A stretch of DNA of 64,000 nucleotides from contig JAFNIX010000004.1 in the NCBI GenBank assembly GCA_017601225.1, positions 4,507 through 68,506 of the forward strand, in the 5' to 3' direction. Origin of the DNA: Candidatus Brockarchaeota archaeon (lineage in GTDB: Archaea > Thermoproteota > EX4484-205 > JAAOZP01). Position 1 is the first letter of the stretch, and every line of letters begins with the position of its first letter. A program made the translations under genes and the position numbers. The notes under the pieces were generated by a model. The model had not been told where the DNA came from, ran no database searches, and saw only the letters and a program-made list of their open reading frames with translations. This document shows positions 43,996-53,170 of the stretch, piece by piece.

Positions 43996-44190
43996 AAAGT
44001 TTATCATAATGCACCTGGGTGGGCAAATACTTGAGTAAAAAGTTGCAAAATTCTTAAAAGCATTCATAGAAAAGCATTGCTGAAATGGCTGGAAACAATC
44101 CTGGAAGGCATGGGGCGACTCTCTTCAGACAATTACATTTAGAATTCACATTTCGTGAGCCATTTTTAAAAATGGTGTTATATTGGTCTG

Positions 44191-45213
44191 GTGATGAAAA
44201 ACATGAGTGTTAAAACAAGAGCCGCGGTCGAGGCAACTGTCATGGAAAAACCGGTTTTGGAAACCCTAGTTCAGGCTACGGGTCTTCGTAAGACATATAG
44301 GTCCGGTGGAAAGCAGACGGTTGCGCTTCAAGGCGTCAGCTTCAGCGTCAGGGAGGGTGAAATAGTCTGTCTTCTCGGGCCTAATGGAGCCGGTAAGACT
44401 ACTTTAGTTAAGATATTGAGCACCCTCCTGTTTCCAGACGAGGGGCAGGCATGGGTTGGCGGCTACGACGTGGTTTCTCAGGCCGACAGGGTTAGGAGAA
44501 TAATTGGTTACGCTGGCCAAGATAGTGAGAGATCAGCTTTCTTCAGGTTGACCGCCAGGGAGAACCTGATCTTCTTCGCTACTGCTTTCCACGGGTTACG
44601 CCGGCCTGAGGTTAACGAAAGGATTGAGGAGATGGCTAGTGAATTCGATTTCAAAGAGTGCCTGGACCAGTATTTCATCGCTCTTTCAGGAGGCCAGAAG
44701 CAGACTTTCGTAATAATGAGGTCTCTAATAACCCAGCCGAGGATCGTGTTCATGGATGAGCCTTCTAAATCCCTCGACCCTCTTACTGCCTCTAAAGTTA
44801 GAAAATATTTGAAGGATTATGCTCAGAAAAGAGGAGCAGCAATAATTGTCACAACTCACAACATGAGGGAGGCTGAAGAAATAGGTGATAGGGTTATCAT
44901 GATGAACAAGGGCAGGATTATGTTCGACGGGACTCCAGAGAAAATGAGGGAATCAGTCACCAGAACCGAGGTGATTCAGATAAACGGGAACAATGTTTAC
45001 GAAGGGCTCATGAAGCAGCTGGCTCATTTGGAGGGAGTTATCAGTGTTCAAAGGGAGAACTCTGATCTTAGGATTTACTGTAAGGATGCTTATGAAACCC
45101 TGCCGGTTGTGATCAAGCTTTTGAAAGACAATGGGCAGAGGCCTGGAATAAGGATAGAGAATCTAACGCTTGAAGAAGCGTTTAAAATAATGGTTGAGGG
45201 TGAGGGAGGATGA
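44191..45213 (+). CDS. ABC transporter ATP-binding protein
   Basis: 340 aa. Motifs present: Walker A GPNGAGKTT, signature LSGGQKQTF and Walker B IVFMDEPS. The start is GTG at 44191 or ATG at 44194. Confidence 0.85.
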   Translation: MMKNMSVKTRAAVEATVMEKPVLETLVQATGLRKTYRSGGKQTVALQGVSFSVREGEIVCLLGPNGAGKTTLVKILSTLLFPDEGQAWVGGYDVVSQADRVRRIIGYAGQDSERSAFFRLTARENLIFFATAFHGLRRPEVNERIEEMASEFDFKECLDQYFIALSGGQKQTFVIMRSLITQPRIVFMDEPSKSLDPLTASKVRKYLKDYAQKRGAAIIVTTHNMREAEEIGDRVIMMNKGRIMFDGTPEKMRESVTRTEVIQINGNNVYEGLMKQLAHLEGVISVQRENSDLRIYCKDAYETLPVVIKLLKDNGQRPGIRIENLTLEEAFKIMVEGEGG

Positions 45214-46016
45214 GCAATATTCTGACAATGATTAGGATGACCGTCTGGAGGAGAATAAGAGAGATAACGCGCTACAAGCTGAATTTCACGGTGGAGTTGA
45301 TAATGAGTTTCATATGGGGTCTTGGCCTCATGATATTCGGGTTCGTCATAGACCCTGCGAAACTCGGCTCGATTGGGAGCACGAATTACGCCGTATTTCT
45401 ATTAATCGGAGTTGCTTTCCAAAACTATCAGGGTGCTGCAACCTGGGGAGCCTGGGAGATAAGGGACGAGTTGACCAGGGGGCAGATCGAGTACACGTTT
45501 GCCTCGCCAGTCTCCAGATACGTCTACATGCTTTCCTCATCCATCTCCCAGGCTGTTGTTGGAACATTGTTCGGCATAGTACCTATGTTTGCAACAGCGT
45601 TCATCCTGCTAGGCAGCTTTCCACACCTACCTGCGTTCTTAATGACATGTGTCACACTACTCCTAACCTTCCTAGCCCTCTGCCAGATAGGCGTTATAAT
45701 GTCCAGCGCCATACTGCTTTTCAAAGATGTTTCAGCAGTAATGTCCATCCTAAATTTCCTCTTTCAAATAGCCACGGGAATGTTCGTACCCCTACAGTTC
45801 ATGCCTGACCCGTTGAAAATCCTCGCATTCCTAATACCTCTAACCCACGGGATTGATCTTTCACGCCACTTCATAATGGGAACCAGCACCGTGTGGCCGG
45901 TGGAAGTTGAGATCGGAATGCTACTAGCCTTCACACTAGGTTTCGGCCTTTTAGCGAAAGCGGCAATATTTCACCTGGAGAGAAAGGCTAAGAAGGAGGG
46001 TCTTGCCCTAGCTTAG
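45210..46016 (+). CDS. ABC-2 type transporter permease
   Basis: 268 aa with 6 hydrophobic segments. A 4-nt overlap links it to the upstream ATPase gene. Confidence 0.75.
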   Translation: MSNILTMIRMTVWRRIREITRYKLNFTVELIMSFIWGLGLMIFGFVIDPAKLGSIGSTNYAVFLLIGVAFQNYQGAATWGAWEIRDELTRGQIEYTFASPVSRYVYMLSSSISQAVVGTLFGIVPMFATAFILLGSFPHLPAFLMTCVTLLLTFLALCQIGVIMSSAILLFKDVSAVMSILNFLFQIATGMFVPLQFMPDPLKILAFLIPLTHGIDLSRHFIMGTSTVWPVEVEIGMLLAFTLGFGLLAKAAIFHLERKAKKEGLALA

Positions 46017-46138
46017 TTCACTCATGCATCCAGTAAACGCACCTCATCTCCCCTGTGTTAATTCTCCACTGAACCTTCTTTCCAGTTACAAAAAACGCTG
46101 GGAACAGGCGGGTGAAAAATACTTTAAAAATCAAGGAT

Positions 46139-47503
46139 TCATCTGAAATGTCTCGCCATCTCAAGGTTCTCTGGCATTAAAAGAATTTCATCTATTACCT
46201 GGTTAACCTGCTCTGTAGACTTTGTCCTAGGGTCAATTATTAGCCATTCGAAAAGAGCGTCACGACCACCCTCTAGGAACGCTTCAAGAGCCCATTCCAT
46301 TCTCATCATCCTAGGCCGGAGAACATAGTTTACTATTCGCTTAGGCAGTTTTTCAACCCTCATCCTGTGCACGCCTTTTTCGTCAACCCTCGCCGGAATC
46401 TCTACGGCAACGTTGTCAGGCAAATCCTCTATCACACCCTTGTTTAAAACGTTAACTTGGTAGATTCCCTCCTTATCATTCATCAAAGAATCTATTATTG
46501 GGACAACCGATTCCCTGCTAAGATTAGGGGGAAGCACTCTCGTCAAAGGCTCCGGATCCTTTATCGCCGCAGCTATCGCGTCAAAGTTGTATTGAAGCAT
46601 ATCTAAGTATACTTTCCAACCGGTTTCAGAATCAGGGCCGGCTAGAGACCCGTACCATTTTCTCTTAGTGTCAAGATTCCAATGATACTTCCATGTTCCA
46701 CCTCTAACGGTGTCTCCCACCGGGAAGAGCCCGTAGATCCTATACATGTCGACAGCGGCTGGAGACATCTGTATGTCGAACGGGTTTACTTGATCCTGGC
46801 TCCACACTTTCCAGTATTCTTCAGCCTTTTTTCTAATCCAGTTGTCTATGAGATGGTAAGCATCCTCCCCGTTCTGTTTAAACCTGGTTAGCCAGATAAC
46901 GTGGTTAAAGCCTATGGCCTCGAAATCAATATTTCTAGGGTTAAGCCCCAAGATGCTGGATATCTCTAAATATCCTAGGTGACCGTGGCAAAGTCCTATG
47001 ACTCTTGTCTTAGTCTCTCTGCTTATTAGAGTGGTTAGTTCGAAAACAGGGTTAGCCAGCTGGAGAAGCCATGCTTCAGGGCTTAATTCCTCGATATCTC
47101 TCGCTACATCCAAGGCAAGTTTAAACTGGTAGTATCCCCATATAGTATGGTAGTCTGAAACCATGTTCCACTCAACGCTGTTTATTCCCCTATAGTAGCC
47201 ATGTTTCTCAGAAATACCCCTCATTTTTTCATAGTATGAGTGGCCTCCAGCCATGGCTGTGTTTATCACCACGTCGGAACCCCTTAACGCAGCCCTCCTG
47301 TCGGTTGTTTTCTCGAAAACCAGGTTGGCCTTAACCTCGGAAGAATACCTCTTAGCGAAAGCATTGATCAGATTCAGCCTCTCCTCGTTTACATCCATGA
47401 ACACTATTGTTGAACCCCTGAGGCTTGGAGTCAAACATAAGTCGCGAACAAGTGTCGCCGACCAGGCGAGGCTTCCTGCCCCGATAACAGTTATCTTAAA
47501 CAT
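46139..47503 (-). CDS. GH4 family NAD+/Mn2+-dependent glycosidase
   Basis: ORF 46139..47563. The internal ATG gives MFKITVIGAGSLAWS, the Rossmann motif at the N terminus seen in GH4 enzymes. The VIGLCHG motif (Cys-His metal site) is present. Confidence 0.8.
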   Translation of the reverse strand: MFKITVIGAGSLAWSATLVRDLCLTPSLRGSTIVFMDVNEERLNLINAFAKRYSSEVKANLVFEKTTDRRAALRGSDVVINTAMAGGHSYYEKMRGISEKHGYYRGINSVEWNMVSDYHTIWGYYQFKLALDVARDIEELSPEAWLLQLANPVFELTTLISRETKTRVIGLCHGHLGYLEISSILGLNPRNIDFEAIGFNHVIWLTRFKQNGEDAYHLIDNWIRKKAEEYWKVWSQDQVNPFDIQMSPAAVDMYRIYGLFPVGDTVRGGTWKYHWNLDTKRKWYGSLAGPDSETGWKVYLDMLQYNFDAIAAAIKDPEPLTRVLPPNLSRESVVPIIDSLMNDKEGIYQVNVLNKGVIEDLPDNVAVEIPARVDEKGVHRMRVEKLPKRIVNYVLRPRMMRMEWALEAFLEGGRDALFEWLIIDPRTKSTEQVNQVIDEILLMPENLEMARHFR

Positions 47504-47608
47504 GATTACTCGTTTTTCAGATGAAGTTTGGATTATTATAAACTTATTTGCCAGCAAGTTCAAAAACTAAGCTAAAAATTAAAATACTTGAGATTCAGCT
47601 TTTCCACC

Positions 47609-47818
47609 ATGGATTGTAAGAGAGAAAAAAACTTGAAGAATTGTCCTTGCACGTGGCCCGACTGCCCCAGGAAGGGGATATGCTGTGAATGCATAAGTTA
47701 CCATAGGGCGCACGGCGAGCTTCCAGCATGCTTCTTCTCGAAGGAAGCTGAGAAAACGTACGACAGGTCTGCTGAAAACTTCGTGAGAGATAGGTTTCCA
47801 AGTTTAAGGGTCAGATAG
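47609..47818 (+). CDS. Small cysteine-rich protein (8 Cys in 69 aa), function unknown
   Basis: ORF 47588..47818. From the ATG at 47609 it reads MDCKREKNLKNCPCTWPDCPRKGICCECISYHRAHGELPACFF. It sits between the GH4 and MFS genes. Confidence 0.5.
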   Translation: MDCKREKNLKNCPCTWPDCPRKGICCECISYHRAHGELPACFFSKEAEKTYDRSAENFVRDRFPSLRVR

Positions 47819-47856
47819 AAGTTTTAAAAAAGACAAGGCGAGGCGGGTTTCCCTCA

Positions 47857-49035
47857 ATGTTTTTGAAAGAATATGGAAACAGAGATTTCAAGGGCATTCT
47901 TGCAGGGGGTCTGCTTCATCAGGCAGCCTCCTCGATGCAAGGGGCAATAGCCTCCCCGTTTTTCAACAGCAGGGGAGTTTCTCCGAGTCAAATAGGCGTA
48001 TTAAACTCTGTCAGCTGGAGCATCATCAGTTTCGCCTCCATGCCGTTCGGCAGACTCTCCGACTTCACCGGTAGACGTACCCCGCTCATTGTTTCCAGTA
48101 TTCTAGGTGCTGTAGCATGCATACTTGTGTATTTCGCAACAAACATTTTCACAGCCTTATCGCTCTATATTCTAATCGGTTTTTCAACCGCCTTGTTCAC
48201 GCCCAACAATAGTGCTCTAATATTTGAAAGCACAGAATCCTCTAAGGCTCCACTCTTCTTCGCCGTTTTCTATCTTGCAACCCTAGTCGGCTCGTCGCTG
48301 GGCTCATTTTCAGCAGGCTGGCTTTCAAAACTCTTTGCAGCACAACTCCCGTTTTTTACCGCCTCAATGCTCTTCCTCTTACCCATCCCGATTTACTCTC
48401 TCTATGTTTCTGGAGGAAGAGGCAGATCGCAGGGAAACATGTTGAAAGTTTTAGCAAGCTCAGTCGACATTAGAACAACTTTACGCATGCTTAGGCAGAA
48501 TCCGCGGCTTATCTACTACAGTTTCTCAATCTTCTTTCACGAACTGGGTTTCTTCATGATATCCCCATACATCAGTCTTTTCGCTCAAAGAAGGGTTGGA
48601 CTAGATATGGCGGGAGTCGGAATGGTCGTCTCGATTTGGAACATTGGACTGGCAGTTGGCTTCCTTCCCTGGGCATGGGTCACGACAAGAAAGGGAAGCT
48701 GGAGAATGATGCTGACGCATCTAGCAGTATCCTCGCCAACCTGGATTCTTCTCGCTTTATCAGACAGCTTTGCATCCATGGGGCTCTACATTTTTGTTTT
48801 CGGTCTTGTAGGAGCGATGGACCTTCCCGCCAGGAGGACGCTTACAGCAGAGATTTGCAATGGTGAAAACCTTGGGGAAGTAATGGGATTCATAGAGCTC
48901 AGCAATGGTCTAGGCGGAGTTTTTGGGGGAATAGCGGGAGGCGTTCTATGGGAAAACTTTGGGCCGGCGTCCATATTTTACGCCGCCAGCGTTCTAACAC
49001 TTTTTTCAACACTGTTTTTTCTAATGGTTAGATAA
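47857..49035 (+). CDS. MFS-type transporter
   Basis: 392 aa with about 12 hydrophobic segments. The loop 2-3 motif GRLSDFTGRR resembles the MFS signature G-x-L-x-D-R-x-G-R-R. Confidence 0.75.
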   Translation: MFLKEYGNRDFKGILAGGLLHQAASSMQGAIASPFFNSRGVSPSQIGVLNSVSWSIISFASMPFGRLSDFTGRRTPLIVSSILGAVACILVYFATNIFTALSLYILIGFSTALFTPNNSALIFESTESSKAPLFFAVFYLATLVGSSLGSFSAGWLSKLFAAQLPFFTASMLFLLPIPIYSLYVSGGRGRSQGNMLKVLASSVDIRTTLRMLRQNPRLIYYSFSIFFHELGFFMISPYISLFAQRRVGLDMAGVGMVVSIWNIGLAVGFLPWAWVTTRKGSWRMMLTHLAVSSPTWILLALSDSFASMGLYIFVFGLVGAMDLPARRTLTAEICNGENLGEVMGFIELSNGLGGVFGGIAGGVLWENFGPASIFYAASVLTLFSTLFFLMVR

Positions 49036-49109
49036 AAAGCATGAGGAACAGGAGCTGCCTGTATATTTATGGCTAAAAATTTAAGTAATTAAGCGAGATT
49101 TCGGAAAAC

Positions 49110-50189
49110 ATGGATTCGAGGGAACGAGTGTTAAGAGTCCTAAACCATGAGGAAGCTGACAGGATACCCTTCATAGATTTCCCATGGGGTGAGACCCTGG
49201 AGAGATGGTACAACGAGGGCCTGCCGAGAGGAGTCTCTCTACACGATTATTTCGGCTACGATATTTATTTAATAGGGCCAGACGTAAGCCCCAAGTACGA
49301 TACCATCATACTTGAAGAGAATGATAAGTTTCGAACACACATAGATTCTTGGGGCGTAAAGGTGAAAGCTTGGATTGGGAGGAGTGGCACTCCTCATCCC
49401 GCTGGACCACCATCCGTTTCGACGATTGAGGATTTTAAAGAGAAGCTTGAGCCCCTGCTCGACCCTGAGCTGCCAATCAGGGTTTCAAGCAGTAGATACC
49501 CGTTTAAGAGGGAGCTGGAGGAAGGCATAAGGAGGCTGAAGGAACGGTACGCCGTATTCTGCTCAATAATAGGTCCTTTTGAAACAGCCCGACATATTCT
49601 CGGAGAAAGCGTGGACAAGGTGTTGATCGCGATACATAAAGACCCGGGCCTCGTAAGACATATTTTCAGACACTTAGGCTGGTATTTCTCCAAGATCGTG
49701 GAAACCTATCTTAAGCTTGGTGTTGACGGGCTATGGGTTTGGGAGGATATTGCTTATAGTAAGGGACCTTTCTTCTCCCCCAGGGTTTATGAGGAGGTGG
49801 TGAAGCCTGCGCATGCTCAAATGACGTCCTCCTACAGGTTAAGGAATATGCCGGTCATAATACATACAGACGGTAACGTGAACCTGCTGATACCCAAATT
49901 GATCGAAGCCGGGTTCACAGCCATACAGCCGTTAGAGGTTAAGGCAGGCATGGATGTTGTTGAGCTGAAGGAGAAATACGGAAAAACCCTTTCCTTCATC
50001 GGAAACCTTGACGCTAGGAAGATTGCCAACACTAAGGAAATAGAGGAAGAAATTTCTCGCAAAGTACCCGTCGCAAAAAAAGGAGGGGGATACGTAGCTT
50101 GTTCAGACCATAGCGTGCCGCCCGACGTTTCTTTCAGCGCATTTCAAGAATACATAAGGCTGATCAGAAAATATGGAGTATATACATAG
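49110..50189 (+). CDS. Uroporphyrinogen-decarboxylase-like (URO-D superfamily) protein
   Basis: 359 aa. It has the blocks LNHEEADRIPFIDF and VIIHTDGNVNLLIPKLIEAGFTAIQPLE. It is a paralog of the ORF at 31975..33006. There is no H-x-C zinc motif. Confidence 0.6.
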   Translation: MDSRERVLRVLNHEEADRIPFIDFPWGETLERWYNEGLPRGVSLHDYFGYDIYLIGPDVSPKYDTIILEENDKFRTHIDSWGVKVKAWIGRSGTPHPAGPPSVSTIEDFKEKLEPLLDPELPIRVSSSRYPFKRELEEGIRRLKERYAVFCSIIGPFETARHILGESVDKVLIAIHKDPGLVRHIFRHLGWYFSKIVETYLKLGVDGLWVWEDIAYSKGPFFSPRVYEEVVKPAHAQMTSSYRLRNMPVIIHTDGNVNLLIPKLIEAGFTAIQPLEVKAGMDVVELKEKYGKTLSFIGNLDARKIANTKEIEEEISRKVPVAKKGGGYVACSDHSVPPDVSFSAFQEYIRLIRKYGVYT

Positions 50190-50886
50190 AGATTCTGCCT
50201 AAACCTCATGCTCTCAAATTTATTAGGAATGTTCATGTTTTTAAAAAAAAGTGAAGTGAGAAAAATAAGAGGAGATTGAGTATAGAGCTGGATTATGGCC
50301 AGATTACCTCGCCTGAATACGTTGTAGTGGCATCGTCATTCGGGTTCCCCGCAACAACATAATTTATTCCCGAGTCGAGAACCGTCAGGCTCCGGCCTCT
50401 CAAAGGTCAGGAATGCTAACTAAGGGTGGCTTTTGCGGAGCTTTAACCATTAGGAGGTCCGGCATTATACATGAACTTCCAGGATGCGAACGAGAAATAC
50501 CCGTCCCCTTTAATAAGTGGTCCTGTAACCCTGAGAATGAAGCCCCAGAGGTTAACTTTCAATACTCTTCCGTCATCCAGCCTGATTTCCCTTACGAAGG
50601 AGGAGGCCATTTGTAAGGATCGTTCGTAGGATTCTCTAGCTTATGACATGAATATTGATCGGGCCTCAAACCATAATGTTACTTGTTAAGGTAGAATAAA
50701 ATTTTTAATGCTTCTCAAAATAATTCTAAAAAATCCAAGTCCCTGGCGATTCCACAGAAAACAGTACGAAAAGCTTCATCTGCATAATCTCCACCGCAAC
50801 GACTAACAGTTAACAAAGAAGACTCGTTATACTCATCTATTGTCTGGGTGTCAAAATTAATAAGAATCATCCATTAAAACAATGAC

Positions 50887-51972
50887 ATGAAAAACATGTG
50901 GTCTGGAGAGGAATTTGTATATGGAATGTGGTTTAACGATGAGGCGATGGTGGGCTCCTTCAAACCAGTGAAAAGATACCTTATAACTCCTATGGGCGGG
51001 TATTTCCCGGTTTTAACCAAACTGAAAAACGGGGAGCTAGCGGTAGTCTTTCGCACGGGAGACTATCATGTTGGCCCACGAGGCCGCTTGGAACTCTCGC
51101 TATCTAGAGATGGGGGGAAGACATGGACGATGCCGCGGATTGTAACTGCGTCTGAGACCGATGATCGAAATCCAGCCTTCTGCCAGTTAAAGGATGGTAC
51201 TCTGCTGGTTGCCTTTGTAAGAGTCTGGGGCTATGAGAATGGGTTGTGGAAGAGGAATGGGATGAGGTGGCAAATGTTCGTAACGAGGTCGACTAATGGA
51301 GGCAGGGAGTGGAGTAAGCCCGAGCCCCTAGAGGTTCCTTTTAAGGGAGCTGTTTCCCCGTATGGAAGAATGCTTCAGATGGATGACGGAACCATTCTGA
51401 TGGCTGTTTACTCTCAAGAATATACTTCAGACGGCTCAATAGAGGCTAGCTATATTCTACGCTCTGAAGACAACGGTTTCACATGGCAGGATTTAACCCT
51501 AGTCGCTAAAGGATATAATGAAACCGCTCTTCTACAACTGCCCGATGGCGATTTGTTGGCAGCCCTCCGCGGGCCCCATGCTAAAAACGGTGGTGAATGT
51601 GTCGCCATCAGTCGTTCTCGAGACTCGGGTTACACATGGTCTGAGCCTAAACAGGTAACTGTTGGCGGTGAGCACCCCGGGGATCTCTGTTGCCTCAGAA
51701 GCGGGAATGTTTTATTAACCTTTGGACACCGTAGGGCACCATACGGGGTGCATGCAGTGATAAGCCCTGACGGCGGCCGATCATGGATGTTCAGCAGAAG
51801 AGTTGCCTTAGTTTCCTATGCGGCAGACGCTGACTGTGGGTATCCCAGTAGCGTCCAGCTTGATGACGGAACAATCTATACGGCTTATTACTCGGCAACA
51901 TGCTTAAAATATCGGGAATGGGGAATCCATGCTGCAGGTGTAGCCTACACGGAAGACATATTCTCAATCTAA
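50887..51972 (+). CDS. BNR/Asp-box repeat beta-propeller protein (sialidase-like fold)
   Basis: 361 aa with five Asp-box (S-x-D-x-G-x-[TS]-W) repeats: SRDGGKTW, STNGGREW, SEDNGFTW, SRDSGYTW and SPDGGRSW. No signal peptide is visible. Confidence 0.7.
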   Translation: MKNMWSGEEFVYGMWFNDEAMVGSFKPVKRYLITPMGGYFPVLTKLKNGELAVVFRTGDYHVGPRGRLELSLSRDGGKTWTMPRIVTASETDDRNPAFCQLKDGTLLVAFVRVWGYENGLWKRNGMRWQMFVTRSTNGGREWSKPEPLEVPFKGAVSPYGRMLQMDDGTILMAVYSQEYTSDGSIEASYILRSEDNGFTWQDLTLVAKGYNETALLQLPDGDLLAALRGPHAKNGGECVAISRSRDSGYTWSEPKQVTVGGEHPGDLCCLRSGNVLLTFGHRRAPYGVHAVISPDGGRSWMFSRRVALVSYAADADCGYPSSVQLDDGTIYTAYYSATCLKYREWGIHAAGVAYTEDIFSI

Positions 51973-52113
51973 GCTTAAGCATCAGTGTTGACCAGCCGAT
52001 GATATTACCGCTAAAGCCATGGTTTTTAAAAGCGTATGCTATGCTTGATGCATTTTAAGACGGGTTGAAATGTCACCCTGCTTCTAAGAAGCCTTAAATA
52101 ATATTCTCTCACT

Positions 52114-53160
52114 ATGGTTCATTTTATGGGCTGGTATGGTCTTTACCCGCCTCAAGCAATCTTTTCTAAAAGAAGGTTTAGAAGGGTGATTCTTGACCCT
52201 CCCAATTTCAACCCGGGTTCCTGGTGTGGAGCCGGGAAAATGTGGATTGATGAGGATAACGGGGAGTACTGGTTGACGAGCAGGCCGAGGGAGATGCGAG
52301 AGATGAGGAGAGGGTATGCTGTCGAAATATACAGGTCGAGGGATGGTGAAAACTATGATATTGTAACATGGATTACGAAGGAGGAGTTAAGCGAGATGAC
52401 TAAAACACAGATTCTGAGCATAGAGAACCAGCAGCTTTTGAAAGACCCCTTAACAGGAAGGTATCATCTATACCTTTCGCTGAATGTTTCAAGGGAGAAC
52501 CTGGTTGTTGAGGGAAAGGCTTTCACAGAGAGCAGGTGGGAGACTTTTCTACTAACTTCGGAAGATCCTTCCGGCCCATGGGAGCCCGAAGGCTTCGTGA
52601 TCAGAGGAAGCGAAGACTATGACGGCGGAGAAGCGAGGGACGCCACTATAGACATAGTTGATGGCAGGTATTTCTGCCTATACAAAGCTAGGAAGGCAGG
52701 CACAGCTATCGTGAAGACCGCGTTGGCTGTCAGCACCGATGGGAAGAGCTGGATTAAGCTGGGAGTACCGACTGTTGACGGTAAGAGCCAACCGGATTTC
52801 TTTCTGCTCAGCGGCTCAATAATCCCTGGGTCAACAGGTCTAGTTTTCATAGGTACTAAAACGCTTGATGTGATAAGGGGAAACGCGCTCACTAAACATT
52901 TCGTAGCCTACAGTATGGATTTGGCTAGGCTTAATTTAGAAACTGTTTTCGAAAAAATTTGGACGCCGCTTTCACGCTTCGAACACGTCGAGTACCCGAT
53001 TCACACTTATGCTCAAGCCGTATTCGATAGGATAAGAGGGGACAGGTGGCTAATATGGGTTGAAGCAGTAGATCCGACTCATACCAGGGAGCTTGGATGG
53101 AGCACACAGGTGGATCGACTGGTTCTCTATACTTCTGAGATGAAAAAGAAAGGAGTGTAA
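52114..53160 (+). CDS. Hypothetical protein, possibly a 5-bladed beta-propeller glycosidase-like fold
   Basis: 348 aa. Weak cues only: YRSRDGENY, SEDPSGPWEPEG, EARDATIDIVDGRYFCLY and VSTDGKSW resemble blade motifs of the GH32/43/130-type propellers. Confidence 0.3.
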   Translation: MVHFMGWYGLYPPQAIFSKRRFRRVILDPPNFNPGSWCGAGKMWIDEDNGEYWLTSRPREMREMRRGYAVEIYRSRDGENYDIVTWITKEELSEMTKTQILSIENQQLLKDPLTGRYHLYLSLNVSRENLVVEGKAFTESRWETFLLTSEDPSGPWEPEGFVIRGSEDYDGGEARDATIDIVDGRYFCLYKARKAGTAIVKTALAVSTDGKSWIKLGVPTVDGKSQPDFFLLSGSIIPGSTGLVFIGTKTLDVIRGNALTKHFVAYSMDLARLNLETVFEKIWTPLSRFEHVEYPIHTYAQAVFDRIRGDRWLIWVEAVDPTHTRELGWSTQVDRLVLYTSEMKKKGV

Positions 53161-53170
53161 CACGCTTACT

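Noticed and set aside
45314-45808. 164 aa same-strand alternative-frame ORF inside the ABC-2 permease gene.
   Set aside because: The annotated frame gives a typical 6-TM ABC-2 permease coupled to its ATPase by a 4-nt overlap. The alternative frame is Arg/His/Pro-rich and non-hydrophobic, with no support.
50413-50616. 67 aa plus-strand ORF in the 700-bp gap.
   Set aside because: It has no motifs and an odd composition. The opposite strand gives more protein-like short readings. It is reported only as part of the gap finding.
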